Origin: Chiloscyllium plagiosum
Lineage: Eukaryota
Length of the DNA stretch: 64,000 nt
NCBI RefSeq assembly: GCF_004010195.1
Contig: NC_057720.1
Location: forward strand, 8,486,164-8,550,163
Direction of reading: 5' to 3'
Part shown: positions 12,266-24,312 of the stretch, one piece after another
How the letters are laid out: every line of letters begins with the position of its first letter
Position numbering within the stretch: position 1 is the first letter of the stretch
The notes under the pieces: model-generated
What the model was told of the DNA's origin: nothing
Seen by the model: the letters and a program-made list of their open reading frames with translations, nothing else
Databases searched by the model: none
Program-made: the position numbers and the translations under genes

Positions 12266-12451
12266 TGATATGGAGGCATCGGTGTTGGACTGGGTTAAAA
12301 AAAATCACACAACACCAGGTCATAGCCCAACAGGTTTATTTGGAAGCACTAGCTTTCGGAGTTGTCCTGATGAAGGAGCAGTGCTCCGAAAGCTAGTACT
12401 TTCAAGTAAACGTATTGGACTATAATCTGGTTTTGTGTGATTTTTAAACTC
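12266..12451. mobile_element. Palindromic PLE-derived mini element, family B
   Basis: Inverted arms aaaatcacacaacaccagg...ctagctttcgga / tccgaaagctag...gtgtgattttt. 10-bp TSD tgaattaata (12256-12265, 12452-12461). Confidence 0.85.
12367..12395 (+). ncRNA. Minimal type I hammerhead ribozyme core (family B)
   Basis: CUGAUGA-A-GGAGC-agu-GCUCC-GAAA-GCUA: both conserved boxes, 5-bp stem II, palindromic AGCU in place of stem III. Confidence 0.75.
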
Positions 12452-12776
12452 TGAATTAATAGTCTAGCTATAATACCACCAGGCCATTGTCTTTCCTTTA
12501 AGTGTAGTTGAAATGGAGGCAGTTCAGAGGAAGTCCACTAGATTGAGTCCAGAGATGTCTTATAAAGGAAGATTGATCAGTTTAAACCTACACTCTTTCC
12601 AGTTTAAAAAATGTGACCAAATCTAATTGAGGCATGTAAGATGCGAAAGGGGATTTATAAAGTAGGCATAGAAAAGATCCTTCCTCATGTGGGGCAATCT
12701 GGAACAAGAGGTCATAGTTTTAGGATAAGGGGCAGCAGATTTAAAACAGAGATGAGGAGAAATGATTTCTCTCAAA

Positions 12777-12902
12777 TGATGTGGAGGAGCCAGTGTTGGA
12801 CTGGGGTGGACAAAGTTAAAAATCACACAACATCAAGTTATAGTCCAACAGGTTTATATGGAAGTACACACTCTCGGTGCGCTGCTCCTTCATTAGGTAG
12901 CC
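12777..12902 (-). mobile_element. PLE-derived mini element, family B, inserted in CR1
   Basis: TSD ttctctcaaa (12767-12776, 12903-12912); hammerhead degenerate. Confidence 0.8.
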
Positions 12903-13374
12903 TTCTCTCAAAGGGTAATGAATCCATGGAATTCACAGCCCCACAGAGTGATGGATATCAGGATACGGAGTAAATTAAAGGATAAAATGTTTAATTAGTA
13001 ATGTTTATATACAACAAGCAGGAAAGACGACCTGAGGCTGAGATGAGATCAGCCATGATCATATTGAATGACAAAGCAGACTCGAGGGGCTGAATTACTT
13101 ACTCCTGCTCCTAGTTCTTGTGTTCCACAGCTTGAAGCATGGATGAAAGTGTGTTAACATTAGCAACAGCTTAATATGAGCCCAGATGCTGAAGTGCCTG
13201 TGGTATAATATTTATATATATATATCAGGTACTGTAATATACGTCTGTGAATCTTTCAATACCATGTTGAGATTAACGTTATGGAACTGACAACAGCATT
13301 ACTATTCAGGTACAAATGCCTTGTTGTAGGCAAAGCCCACAACATAGTGGCAGATCACTTTATAGCTGACTTTC

Positions 13375-14285
13375 ATTATAAGGACAGAAGTGGGAATGTT
13401 TGCTGATAACTGGACAAAAATGCAGCACAATTTATGATTCCTTAAACACTGAACTGTCCAACCTCAAATGCAAGAAAATCTGGACAATATCCAGACTAGG
13501 TTCTGAGAAGTGGCAATTAACATTGATGCTACATAAAGTGCCAAACAATGATCACTTTTAACAAGAAAGAATCTAACCATTTTCCTGTGACATTCAATAG
13601 TGTTTCCATCAATGAATCCCCCACTATCAATATCTTGGGGTGGTCATCATTGACTGTTAACTGAATTGAAATAGTTATATAAGTAATGTGGCTCCAGGAG
13701 CAGGACAGAGTTGTGCAGGCATATGGTGAATAACTCACCTCCTGACTCCTCAAAGCCTGTCCCTCATCTACAAGGTACAAGCCAGGAATGTGAGGGAATA
13801 TTCTCCACTTGTCTGGATGGGTGCAGCTCCAGCAACACTCAAGAAGCTTGACACTATCCAGAATAAAACAGCTCACAGATTGGCATTATATCCACAAGCA
13901 CCCACTCCCTCCACCACTGATGCTCTTTCGCATCACTGTGCACCATTTACAAAATGCATTACGGAAATTCATACTGGATCCTAAGACAGCACCTTCTAAA
14001 CCAATAACCACCTTCCAAACTATTACTAAAGGACAAAGATAGCAGATACATGGGAGCACCACCACCTGCAAGCTCCCCTCCAAGCCACTTGCCACCCTGG
14101 CTTAGAAATATATTGTTGTTCCTTCAGTGTCACTGGGTCACAATCCTAGAATTAATTCGCAACTACAACACATGGACTACAGCGCTTTAAGAAGGCTGTT
14201 CACTACCACCTTCTCAAGGCACAACTAAGTATGGGCAATAAGTGCTGGCCCAGCCCGTGAACCCCAATCAGTGAGTAAATAAAAG
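13375..14285 (+). mobile_element. CR1/L2-group LINE (second family) 3' portion
   Basis: RT C-terminal remnants (MFAD, EYSPLVWMGAAPATLKKLDTIQ) and tail gggcaataagtgctggcccagc. Other copies at ~17705-18510 (-), ~19885-20320 (-), ~38595-39030 (+) and ~49010-49665 (+). Confidence 0.75.
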
Positions 14286-14429
14286 AAAAAGCATGCTCAA
14301 CCTCAACACATTTAAAAACAACTTGCCACCAAAATGCAGCATGTTAGTGAAATGCAAATACAGGAAGAATGAAGGAATGCTACAACTGATTTGTACCAAC
14401 CAAAAGCTCATAAATACTAATGAGATAAA

Positions 14430-14640
14430 AACCAGATATCTGCTTTAGAAGTTAGTTGAAGGATAAATATTGATCTGGATGCCTGGGAGAACTCTTTTAA
14501 AACTATTTGAGAGATGGACATAGTTCAGTCTAACGCTTGATCTGAAAGATGTCACCACCAAGAGCGCAGTGGAGCTCTCAAAGTCAATCTGAATTATGTC
14601 GTCAATCCTCTGGGATTTAAACCAACAGCATTTTGACCTG
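14430..14640 (-). mobile_element. Deu-domain SINE, degenerate
   Basis: gttgaaggataaatattg...ggagaactc...tctgaaagatgtcacc matches the reverse complement of the recalled Deu core. Confidence 0.6.
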
Positions 14641-16874
14641 GGGATCAATAAAGGTAAAGTTGCTATAGTTCCAGATGACCACTGGGTTGTCCTTTCATCA
14701 GAGATGACTGATGGCGAGTTTAACCTGAGGATCTTCATGCCTCAGGTGAGGGAAGGGTTTGGGAAATTAGGAGCACCATGGCGACCTCCACTGATGGGGG
14801 ATTGAATGTGCACTGCATTGCAAACCAGCCATCCAGCAAACTGAACTAACTGACCCCCATTCCCACCTCCACCCCACCACACCCCTCACCAGTTGGTGTT
14901 GAGTGTTCTTTTCTGACTGAGCCATGTTGACATTGTAATGTTCAAAATGTCTGCTACAGATCTTTGGTGATGTCAGTCAGATGAAGAAGATGGTAACTGA
15001 TATTAGGGGAGACGCTTGCATAGAAGTAAGGTCAGTTGTTTAGTAATCCACAACACCAAATTCTTGCTCCAGAGACATGTGTTGGAATCATAGCATGAAA
15101 GATGGTGAAATTTGAATTTGGCAAAATTGGGAATAAAGAGCTGGCCTGATTGTGAGCATGTAACCATTGCCACTTGCTCGAAAATCCCATCTGGTTCACT
15201 CATTTCTTTTCAGGAAGGAAACTGCCATTCTTACCTGGTCTGGCCTAGATGTGACTCCAGACCCGCAGCGAGTGTGATTGACTCTCAACTCTCAATTAAG
15301 AATGGTCAAGCCAGAGATGCCAACATCCTATGAATGCATTTTTGTAAAAAGTAACTATTCCTTGACTGTATTATAACTCAGGAGATCAGGCTTAGAGTTA
15401 ACACCTCACAAATGAACTAAACCAACTATAATTGTAACAGAACAAAATAAAGATGCTTTATTTTGATTATATACCTATTCTGTTATGTGGATGGTACACA
15501 GAGCAGAGGCACATGATCTACCCCCTAAGATATTTTAACCGCTACTTAATTTGCTTAAGGGCTGAGATTCGATTACGTAAGCTCATATATAGAAATTGTC
15601 AGGCTGCGAACATAATTAGACACCCACACCGTATTAAAATAATATGCAAAAGAGCTTTCAGAGGAACACTCAGAGGTTTAGCTGAAAAGATCATTCAATC
15701 CACCAGGCCCACTCTGTCTGTTGTCTAGATCTGGTTTCCTCAAGCATCGACACACCAGCAAAACGTATCTAATCGCAAATGCATCCCATTTTGCCCACCC
15801 AAGTTTTTTTTTCTACTTAATTCCATTGTTTATTAAGTACATATGTTGGAACATTTGTAAATAATATCACGCAGCATGAGTGCAATTAATTTTTAAACTA
15901 GATAATGAATATGATGATGTTATAGTCATATCAGCACTTATCTGGTGGGGACTGAGAAAGAAAAAGGAACACTTTGTATCATGAGAGATGTATTTATCTG
16001 GAAGTGTAGAAAGTATGATTTAAAAGGAATTTGTATCTATCAATTGTGATCCATATTTATCCTGCTCATGAGATAACAAGAAACCGAGCATATTTCCAGC
16101 AGTGTAAAATCTGTGCCAAACAATTCAGTGTGAACAATCAAGCCTAACCATCAAACATGTTGGCAGAAGGAGATGTTTCAAACTCAAAAATTTTAAAATA
16201 AACACGAGACAGTTCTTTATAGATAAGACACTGAAGATGAAAACTATTCTCATACATGATGGTTTTACCAGGAGGTAGTTTTTGTTATGGGGTTTGTTAG
16301 CCCATATTAGTCATTCTGATAAGCATATTTAACTTGGCCAATTTAAGATTTTATTATTTATTTATTTATTATTTATTATTAAATATTAAATACATACAGG
16401 AGTAGGCCATTCAGGCCTTCGGTCTTGCTCCGACATTCAATAGGGTCCTGGCTGATCCAACATCCCTCATGTCCATTTTCCTGCATTTTTCCTCTTCATC
16501 TTGATTCCCCGACTGATTAAGGGGAATCTATCTCTCTCAGCCTTAAATATACATAAGGACTCTGCCCCCACAGCTGTGAGCAGCAAGGAATTCCAAAGAG
16601 TCACAAACCCCTGAGAGAAGAGATTGCTTTTTTATCTGAGTCTTAAATGTAATGCTGCTGTATTAAATTTCAAAGGTGCAATCATGCACTTCCACTCCAA
16701 GTATCTTATCTACCAATATCCAAGACATGAATTGTAAGATTACAAGAGATATTCAGCGTTAAGAAAGAAATTATAAATCTATTTTAAGAACTCTGATATA
16801 TATATATATAATATATAATATATATCTTCTGCAAAGTAATCCCTCTATCACTACTATCCAATGGGGCTGGCGGT

Positions 16875-17205
16875 TCTAGTGGTATTATCACTGGCCTTTT
16901 AATCCAGAGATCCAGGTATTGTTCCAGGGATCTGGATTCAAATCTGGCCAATGGCAGATGGTGGAATTTGAATTAAATTAAAGTGTCTGGAAATAAGAAT
17001 CAAGTGATGACCATGAAGCCATAATAAATTGTTCTAAAAACCCATCTGGTTCCCTCATGTCCTTCAAGGAAGGAAACTGCCATCCTAACCTGGTCTGGGC
17101 TACATATAACTCCAGACCCATAGCAATATGGCTGATCTTTAACTGCTCTCTGACAGTAAATGTTGGCCTAGCCATTGATGCCCTGATCCTGTGAATGAAT
17201 TTTTA
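16875..17205 (+). mobile_element. tRNA-derived SINE family B, near full length
   Basis: A-box-like tagtggtattatcactgg, B-box-like ggattcaaatc, tail taaatgttggcctagcc...tgaatgaat. Confidence 0.8.
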
Positions 17206-20200
17206 AAAATTTTCCCCATCCCTAAAGGGCAAGAATGCACCCATCAATAAAGTCTCGATATCTTCTAATCAAACTGTTCAGGGTATGTTATTATATACAC
17301 CCCTAGGATTTGAAGCCAGGCCTCCTGACTTAAAGGTATGGACTGTACCACCATACTACAAACACACTTCACTGCAAATCCCGAGCAAAAGTGACATTAG
17401 TGAGAAATGTTGGTAATGGCAGAGTTTAATTGTATTCATTCATAGAATGCCATCACCATTGGCAAGGCTAGCATGTATTGTGCATTCTTAATTGCCATAA
17501 TGATATAACTCAGGAGCTTGCTTGTTCATTTTTGAGGGCAGTTAAGAAACACATTTAGACCAGATTAGATATGGCAGTAGGTTTCCCTCAAGATTTGGAT
17601 CCCATTGTGAAGACAGGAGGAAGCATGACTTGTTACAAACAATACCAATGATAGAATAAACTCACAGAAATATCCAGGAGCTACAAGCATTTAATGTTTT
17701 TTTTTTAATTTGCTTTTGGGCTGTGAATGTTGTTGGCAAGGATAGTTTTAATTGTTCATCCTTCATCACTTTCAGACGATGGCACTGACTAACTCTCTTG
17801 GGTGTAAGGTCACCCACAGCATTGTTAGTCATAAAGGTCAAGAATTTCAATCCAGCAAGAATGAAGAAAGAATGAAGAAAGAATGATATTCTTTCAAGGC
17901 AGGATGGTGTATATGACCTGGAGGAAAACTTGCAGATTGTGGTGTTCCCATATATTTGCTATCCTTGTCCTTCGAGACATGGTAGATTTGGAAAGTGCTG
18001 TTGAAGGAGCCTCAGTGAGTTACTGCAGTCCATTTTTTATAATGTTGCAACTGTGCCTTGGTGGTGGATGATGTGAAAGTTTAAGATGGTGAATGCTGTG
18101 CCAATCAAGCACCCTAAACTGTCCCAGGTGGTGTTGAGCTTCTGGAGTGTTGCTGGAGCTGCATTCATCCGCGGCAAGTGGGGAGTATTCCATCACCTTC
18201 CTGCCTTGTGCCTCGTAGATGTTGAAGGATGTTGCTGCATCAGTAAGTGAGCACTGGGACATGGTCATGGCCTGTTGGAGATCTACATTGTCTGACACTT
18301 AATGGGTACAAATGTTCCTTGCCACCTAACAGCCCAAACCTCGGTATTGTCCAAATCTTGTTGCATATGAATAAAGATTGCTTCAGTATCTGATGAGTCA
18401 AGGCTGTTGCTGAACATTGTGCAGTTATCATTGAGCATTCCAGTTCTGAACGTATGGTGTAAGGTGAGCCTTTAATGAAGTAGCTGAAGTGGTTGGACCT
18501 AGAGAATTATCTTCTTAAATCACACACAGAAGAGAGAAATAAACACAGAACAAGGGCAGCAAACAAAGAAATCTCCTGATTCAGATATTACATACTCAAA
18601 GCCTCATTCTCAAGGTGCACCTCCCTCAAGGATAATGCGTAATGAAGATAGCTTATGGAGGCTTATGTCAGAAAGTAAGGGCTCAATATAACAGAAGGCC
18701 TAAAGGAATGGAATGAGTGCAAGATGAAATTTAAAAAGGAAGTTAGTAGAACAAAAGAGGGGGCATAAAAGATAATGGCAAGCAAACTAAACAAAATCCT
18801 AAATTATTTTACAAGTATATTAAGTGTAAAAGAATAACTAAGGTGCAAGTAGAACTCAATAAGGAAGCCAGAGGATGTTAATAGGATTCTAAATTAAAAC
18901 CTTTTGCTGGAGTTTATGAATAAGGGGGATGATGAGAGTATAGAAATCAGGGATAAGGGTTGTCTTACCCCAGGATAGATGAGTCCAAAACTAGAGGGCA
19001 TTGGTTTAGGGTGAGAGGAGAAAGGTTTAAACAGAACCTAAGGGGCAACCTTTTCACCCAGTGGGTGGTGCGTGTATGGAATGAGCTGCCAGAGGAAGTG
19101 GTGGAGGCTGGTACAATTACAGCACTTAAAAGGCATCTATATTGGGACATCAATAGGGATTAATTAAAGGGATATGGACCAAATGCTGGCAAATGGGATT
19201 AGATTAGTTTAGGATATCAGATTGGTACGCACAAGTTGCGCCGAAGGGTCTGTTTCCAAGTTGTACAATTCTATGACTCTATATACTTAAAGAAATTAGC
19301 ATAAACAGAAAGGAGGTTCTGAATAGCATGTTGGGTTTAAAAGCATGAGACAAGGGAGGATGCCATATGAATGCTGGTAATAATTTTCAATTCCTCTCTG
19401 CCATGGGAGAGGTGCCAGAAGACTGGGACATTGTGGTGAAGTTATTCAAGAAGGGACAATCCAAGAAATTACAGACTAATCAATCTAATCTCAGTGATGC
19501 AGAAATTATTGGAATCAATTCTGAGGGGGACAGAATTAATATGCATTTAGCCGGGCAGGCATGAATCTAGAACAGTTGGTTTGGTTTTGTTACGGGAGGG
19601 TCACGTCTAACCAACATGAATAAATCTTTCAAAGCGGGGACCAGGTGTGTAGATGAGGGCAATGTGTGGTATAGTCTATTTGGACTTCAGCAAGGCTTTT
19701 GATAAATTCCCAATGGGAGACTAACATTGAAGGTAAGATCCTGTGGTAATTTGGCTGATTGGATCCAGAGGTGGCTGAGTTGCAACAAGCAGAGAGGGCC
19801 GGCCGAAGGGCGTTTTTGTGACTGGAAGCAAATGCTCAATGGGGTTCCACAGGGATCAGTTTTGGGGCTCTTACTGTTTTACTTTATTCTCTGATGGGAC
19901 ATCGGCATTGCTGGCTGGGCCAACATTTATTGTCCACCCCATGTTGCCCTTGAGAAGTTGGTGGTGAGCTGCCCTCTTGAACTGCTGAAGTCCACCTGCT
20001 TTAGGTAAACCCACAGTGCTCCAAGAAAGGAAAATCCGGGAATTTGGTCCTATGTCACAAAAGCAATGGGAATATATTTCCAGGTCAGGATGGAAGGGGC
20101 TTGGGAGTTAACTTGCAGGTGGTGGTGTTCCCATGTATCTGCTACCTTTGTCCTTCAAGATAGAAATGGTTGTGACTTTGGAAGGCTCTGTCTGAGGATC

Positions 20201-20888
20201 TTTAGTGAATTTCCGCAGTGCATCTTGTAGATAGTCCACACTGTTGCTACTGAGGTGGTGGAGAGAGTGGATACTCATGGATGTGGTCCCAATCAAGTGG
20301 GCTGTTTTGTCCTGTCTGTGGTAAATATCAATGATTTAGACTTGAATGTAAGAGGGCTGCTCAGTAAGTTTGTGGATGATATGAAAATTGGTGGGCTGGT
20401 AAATAGTGAGGCAGACACCTTAGATTACAGGAGGATATAAAATGGCTTGTCAGATAGGCAGACCAGTGACAAATGTAATTCAGTTCAGAAAACTCTGAGG
20501 TCTTGTTCTTTGGCAGTACTAATAAGGCAAGGAAATACATGATGAATGGTTGGACTCTGGGAAAAACTGAGTATTAGAGAAGCCTTGGTATGCATGTCCA
20601 CTGGTCTTTTAAGCCAACAGCTCAGGGACAAACAATGGTTAAGAACACATGTGCGATACTTGCTTTTATTAGCTGAGGAATAGTGTTTAAGAGCAGGAAA
20701 GTTATGCTGGAATGTATAAGTTATGATTAGATCACAGTGAGAGTATTGTGTGCTGTTCTGGAATCCACATTATAGGAGGGGTGTGATGGCACTGGAGAGG
20801 GTCCAGAGGAGATTTACCAGGATGTTGGCCTGGGCTGGCGAATTTCAGTTTTGAAGAGATTGGACAGACTGGGCTTATTTTCCTTCGA

Positions 20889-22461
20889 TTCTGGATTAGT
20901 GGTGCTGGAAGAGCAGAGCAGTTCAGGCAGCATCCAAGGAGCAGTAAAATCGACGTTTGGGGCAAAAGGGAAGGGTGGAGTGGATAGGTGGAAAAGAAGA
21001 TAGGCAGGTAGGACAAGTCATGGGGACAGTGCTGAGCTGGAAGTTTGGAACTGGGGTGAGGTGAGGGAAGGGGAAATGAGGCAACTGTTGAAGTCCACAT
21101 TGATGCCTTTGGGTTGAAGTGTTCCGAGGCGGAAGATGAGGTGTTCTTCCTCCAGGCATCGAGTGGTGAGGGAGCAGTGGTGAAGGAGGCCCAGGACCTC
21201 CATGTCCTTGGCAGAGTGGGAGGGGGAGTTGAAACGTTGGGCCACAGGGCAGTGTGGTTGATTGGTGCAGAGGTCCTGGAGATGTTCCCTAAAGCGCTCT
21301 GCTAGGAGACATCCAGCCTCCCCAATATAGAGGAGACCGCATCGGGAGTAACGGATACAATAAATGATATTGGTGGATGTGCAGGTAAAACTTTGATGGA
21401 TGTGGAAGGCTTCTTTAGGGCCTTGGATGGAGGTGAGGGAGAGGTGTGGGCGCAGGTTTTGCAATTCCTGCGGTGGCAGGGGAAAGTGCCAGGATGGGAG
21501 GGTTGGTTGTGGGGGGGCGTGAACCTGACCAGGTAGTCACAGAAGGAACGGTCTTTGCGGAAGGCGGAATGGGGTGGGGAGGGAAATATATCCCTGGTGG
21601 TAGGGTCTGTTTGAAAGTGGCGGAAATGTCGGCGGATGATATGGTTTATGCGAAGGTTGGTAGGGTGGAAGGTGAGCACCAGGGGCGTTATGTCCTTGGT
21701 ACAGTTGGAGGGGTGGGGTCTGAGGGCAGAGGTGCGGGATGTGGACGAGATGCGTTGGAGGGCATCTTTAACCACGTGGGAAGGGAAATTGTGGTCTCTA
21801 AAGAAGGAGGCCATCTGCTGTTTTCTGTGGTGGAACTGGTCCTCCTGGGAGCAGATACGGCAGAGGAGGAGGGATTGGGAATACGGGATGGCATTTTTGC
21901 AGGAGGTAGCGTGGGAAGAGGTGTAATCCAGGTAGCTGTGGGAGTCGGTGGGTTTGTAAAAAATGTTGGTGTCAAGTCGGTCGTTATTAATGGAGATGAA
22001 GAAGTCCCGGAAGGGGAGGGAGGTGTCAGAGATGGTCCAGGTAAATTTAAGGTCAGGATGGAATGTGTTGGTGAAGTTGATGAATTGCTCAACCTCCTTG
22101 TGGGAGCACGAGGTGGTGCCAATGCAGTCATCAATGTAACGGAGGAAGATGGGGAGTGGTGCCGGTGTAATTACGGAAGATCGACTGTTCTACGTAACCA
22201 AGAAAGAGACAGGCATAGCTGGGGCCTATACGAGTGCCCATGGCTACCCCTTTGGTCTGGAGGAAGTAGAAGGATTCGAAGGAGAAATTGCTAAGGGTGA
22301 GGACCAGTTCGGCCAAACGAATGAGAGTGTCGGTGGAAGGGTACTGTTGGGGACGTCGGGAGAGGAAGAAACGGAGGGCTTGGAGGCGGATGGAGGTGTA
22401 GAGGGATTGGATATCCATGGTGAAGATGAGGTGTTGGAGGCTGGGGAAACGGAAGTCCTTC
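20889..22461 (-). mobile_element. Penelope-like retroelement (Neptune-type), 5'-truncated, frameshifted RT plus GIY-YIG
   Basis: RT: MDIQSLYTSI, QTKGVAMGTRIGPSYACLF. Linker Cys motif PCHRRNCKTC. GIY-YIG: NIIYCIRYSRCGLLYIGE..ERFREH. 12-bp TSD attttccttcga (20877-20888, 22462-22473). Confidence 0.95.
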
Positions 22462-22605
22462 ATTTTCCTTCGAGCAGAAAAGACTGGGAGAGGACATGAT
22501 TGAGATGGATAAAACATATAGGATTGACTAGAAGGAACATTTCTCTTTGTTGGAGGATTCAATGACCAGGGATGTAGATTTAAGGGAAGGAGTCAAAGGT
22601 TTAAG

Positions 22606-22990
22606 GGCCATGATTTAGAGATGCCAGTGTTGGACTGGGGTGTACAAAGTTAAAAATCACAGCACAGGGGGCTAACACCATATTGTTTAGCTAACACCAA
22701 TTGTTACAGCTAACCTGAGAATGCAACTTTTAAAGAAATGTTTTGTGATTTACACATGAAAGCAGTGAAACTATCATGGTATTCGAACAGATGAAAGACA
22801 CAACAGACAATCAAGGTATCTTTCAACGTATAATTTCAGTTACATCACACTGTAAATTTTTGATATATGTTCTTTGCCTTACAATTGTCTCCTCCACGAT
22901 CACCTGATGAAGGAGCTGCACTCCGAAAGCTAGTGTGCTTCCAGTTAAACCTGTTGGACTATAACCTGGTGTTGTGTGATTTTTAACTTT
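22606..22990 (+). mobile_element. PLE family B 3' end with short inverted 5' arm
   Basis: TSD aaggtttaag (22596-22605, 22991-23000). aaagttaaaaatcac at left is inverted relative to gtgatttttaacttt at right. Confidence 0.85.
22901..22935 (+). ncRNA. Minimal type I hammerhead ribozyme (family B)
   Basis: cac-CUGAUGA-A-GGAG-cugca-CUCC-GAAA-GCUA-gug: intact core, stem I cac/gug, 4-bp stem II. Confidence 0.8.
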
Positions 22991-23311
22991 AAGGTTTAAG
23001 AGGAATGTGAGGACTTTTCATCCAGAAGGTGGTGGGAATATGTAACTCCCTGCCTTTAAGGATGGTAGAGGCAGGAACCCTCATCACATTGATGAAGTAT
23101 GAAGATGTGCACCTGCCAAGGCTCACAAGGTGATGGACTAAGTTCTGGAAAATGGGATAAGACTAGATCAGTGATTGTTTTTGACCAGCACAGGCTCAAT
23201 GGGCCAAGGGATCTTTTTTCTGTGCCGTAGAGTTCTGTGACACTGTGTTTTTTGAACAACACCGTAGTTTCACCACCACCAACAGCTTCTCTATAAGCTG
23301 TGCAAAACCCC

Positions 23312-23837
23312 AGAACACAAAACAGTACAGCACAGGAACAGGCCCTTCAGCCCACAATGTATATGCCAACCATGATGTCATTCTAAACCAATCCCATCTG
23401 CCTGCATATGGTCCCTATTCCCTACCTGTTCATGTGTCTGTCTAAATGTCTCTTAAACTTTGCTAATGCACATGTTCCCACCACCTCTCATGGCAGCTGT
23501 TATTCTTACACATCTCCTTTTCAAGATGACCCTCTCACCTTGAACCTAAGTCCCCAAGTATTTGACATATCCACCCTGAGGGAGAAAACTGACTATCCAC
23601 CCTATCCATACCTCTCATGTATGTAATAATTTTATACACTTTAACAGGTCTTCACCCGCCCCTCCCCTCCCACCTTAGCCTCCAACCCTCTAGTGAAAAC
23701 AATCTAAGTTTGTCCAATCTCTCTTTGTACCTCATACACTCCAATCCAGGTAACATCCTGGCATACCTCTTTTGCACCCTGTCTAAAGCCTTCACACCCT
23801 TCTGATGGTTTGGCAAACAAAACAGTACACAATGTGG
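23312..23837 (-). mobile_element. CR1 3' portion (continues at 26673-26870)
   Basis: ALDRVQKRYARMLPGLE..YKERLDKLRLFSLE on the minus strand. Confidence 0.85.
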
Positions 23838-23933
23838 AGAAAGTGAGGACTGCAGACGCTGGAGACCAGAATTGAAAAGTGTGGTGCTGGAAAAGCGCAG
23901 CAGGCCAGGCAGCATCCGAGGAGCAGGAGAATC

Positions 23934-23961
23934 GACGTTTCGGGCATAAGCCCTTCTTCAG
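23934..23961 (-). ncRNA. Minimal type I hammerhead ribozyme core (family A)
   Basis: Reverse complement: CUGAAGA-A-GGGC-uuau-GCCC-GAAAC-GUC. Confidence 0.8.
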
Positions 23962-24178
23962 GAATGAGGCTGGTGTGCCAAGCGGGCTTAGATAAAAGGT
24001 CGGGGGTGGGCGTTTGGGGGAGGGGCGCTGGGAATGCGATAGGTGGAAGGAGGTGAGGGTGAGGGTGATAGGCCGGAGAGGGGGTGGGGGCGGAGAGTTG
24101 GGGAAGAAGATTGCAGGTCAAGAGGGCGGTGCTGAATCCGGGAGTTGGGACTGAGATAAGGTGGGGGGAGGGGAAATG

Positions 24179-24312
24179 NNNNNNNNNNNNNNNNNNNNNN
24201 NNNNNNNNNNNNNNNNNNNNNNNNNNNNNNNNNNNNNNNNNNNNNNNNNNNNNNNNNNNNNNNNNNNNNNNNNNNNNNNNNNNNNNNNNNNNNNNNNNNN
24301 NNNNNNNNNNNN
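24179..24312. other. Assembly gap (134 N)
   Basis: Run of n characters. Confidence 1.

Larger units (their letters stand above)
11988..12490 (-). mobile_element. tRNA-derived SINE family B (shares tail with the LINE at 13375-14285)
   Basis: Homologous to copies at ~15020-15340 (+), 16875-17205 (+), ~37570-37893 (+) and ~52160-52430 (-). Interrupted by the PLE palindrome at 12266-12451. Confidence 0.75.
18620..23240 (+). mobile_element. Long degenerate CR1 LINE hosting several nested insertions
   Basis: ORF2 remnants in order (GEVPEDW, DFSKAFDK, GVPQGS, INDLD..SKFVDD, EYCVLFW). Interrupted by a CR1 3' end (~18960-19282), a LINE family B fragment, the PLE at 20889-22461 and the PLE mini at 22606-22990. 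Confidence 0.85.

Noticed and set aside
21446..22294. 282-aa Gly/Val/Glu-rich plus-strand ORF (also 24907-25374)
   Set aside because: Antisense frame of the C-rich PLE coding strand; no independent coding evidence.
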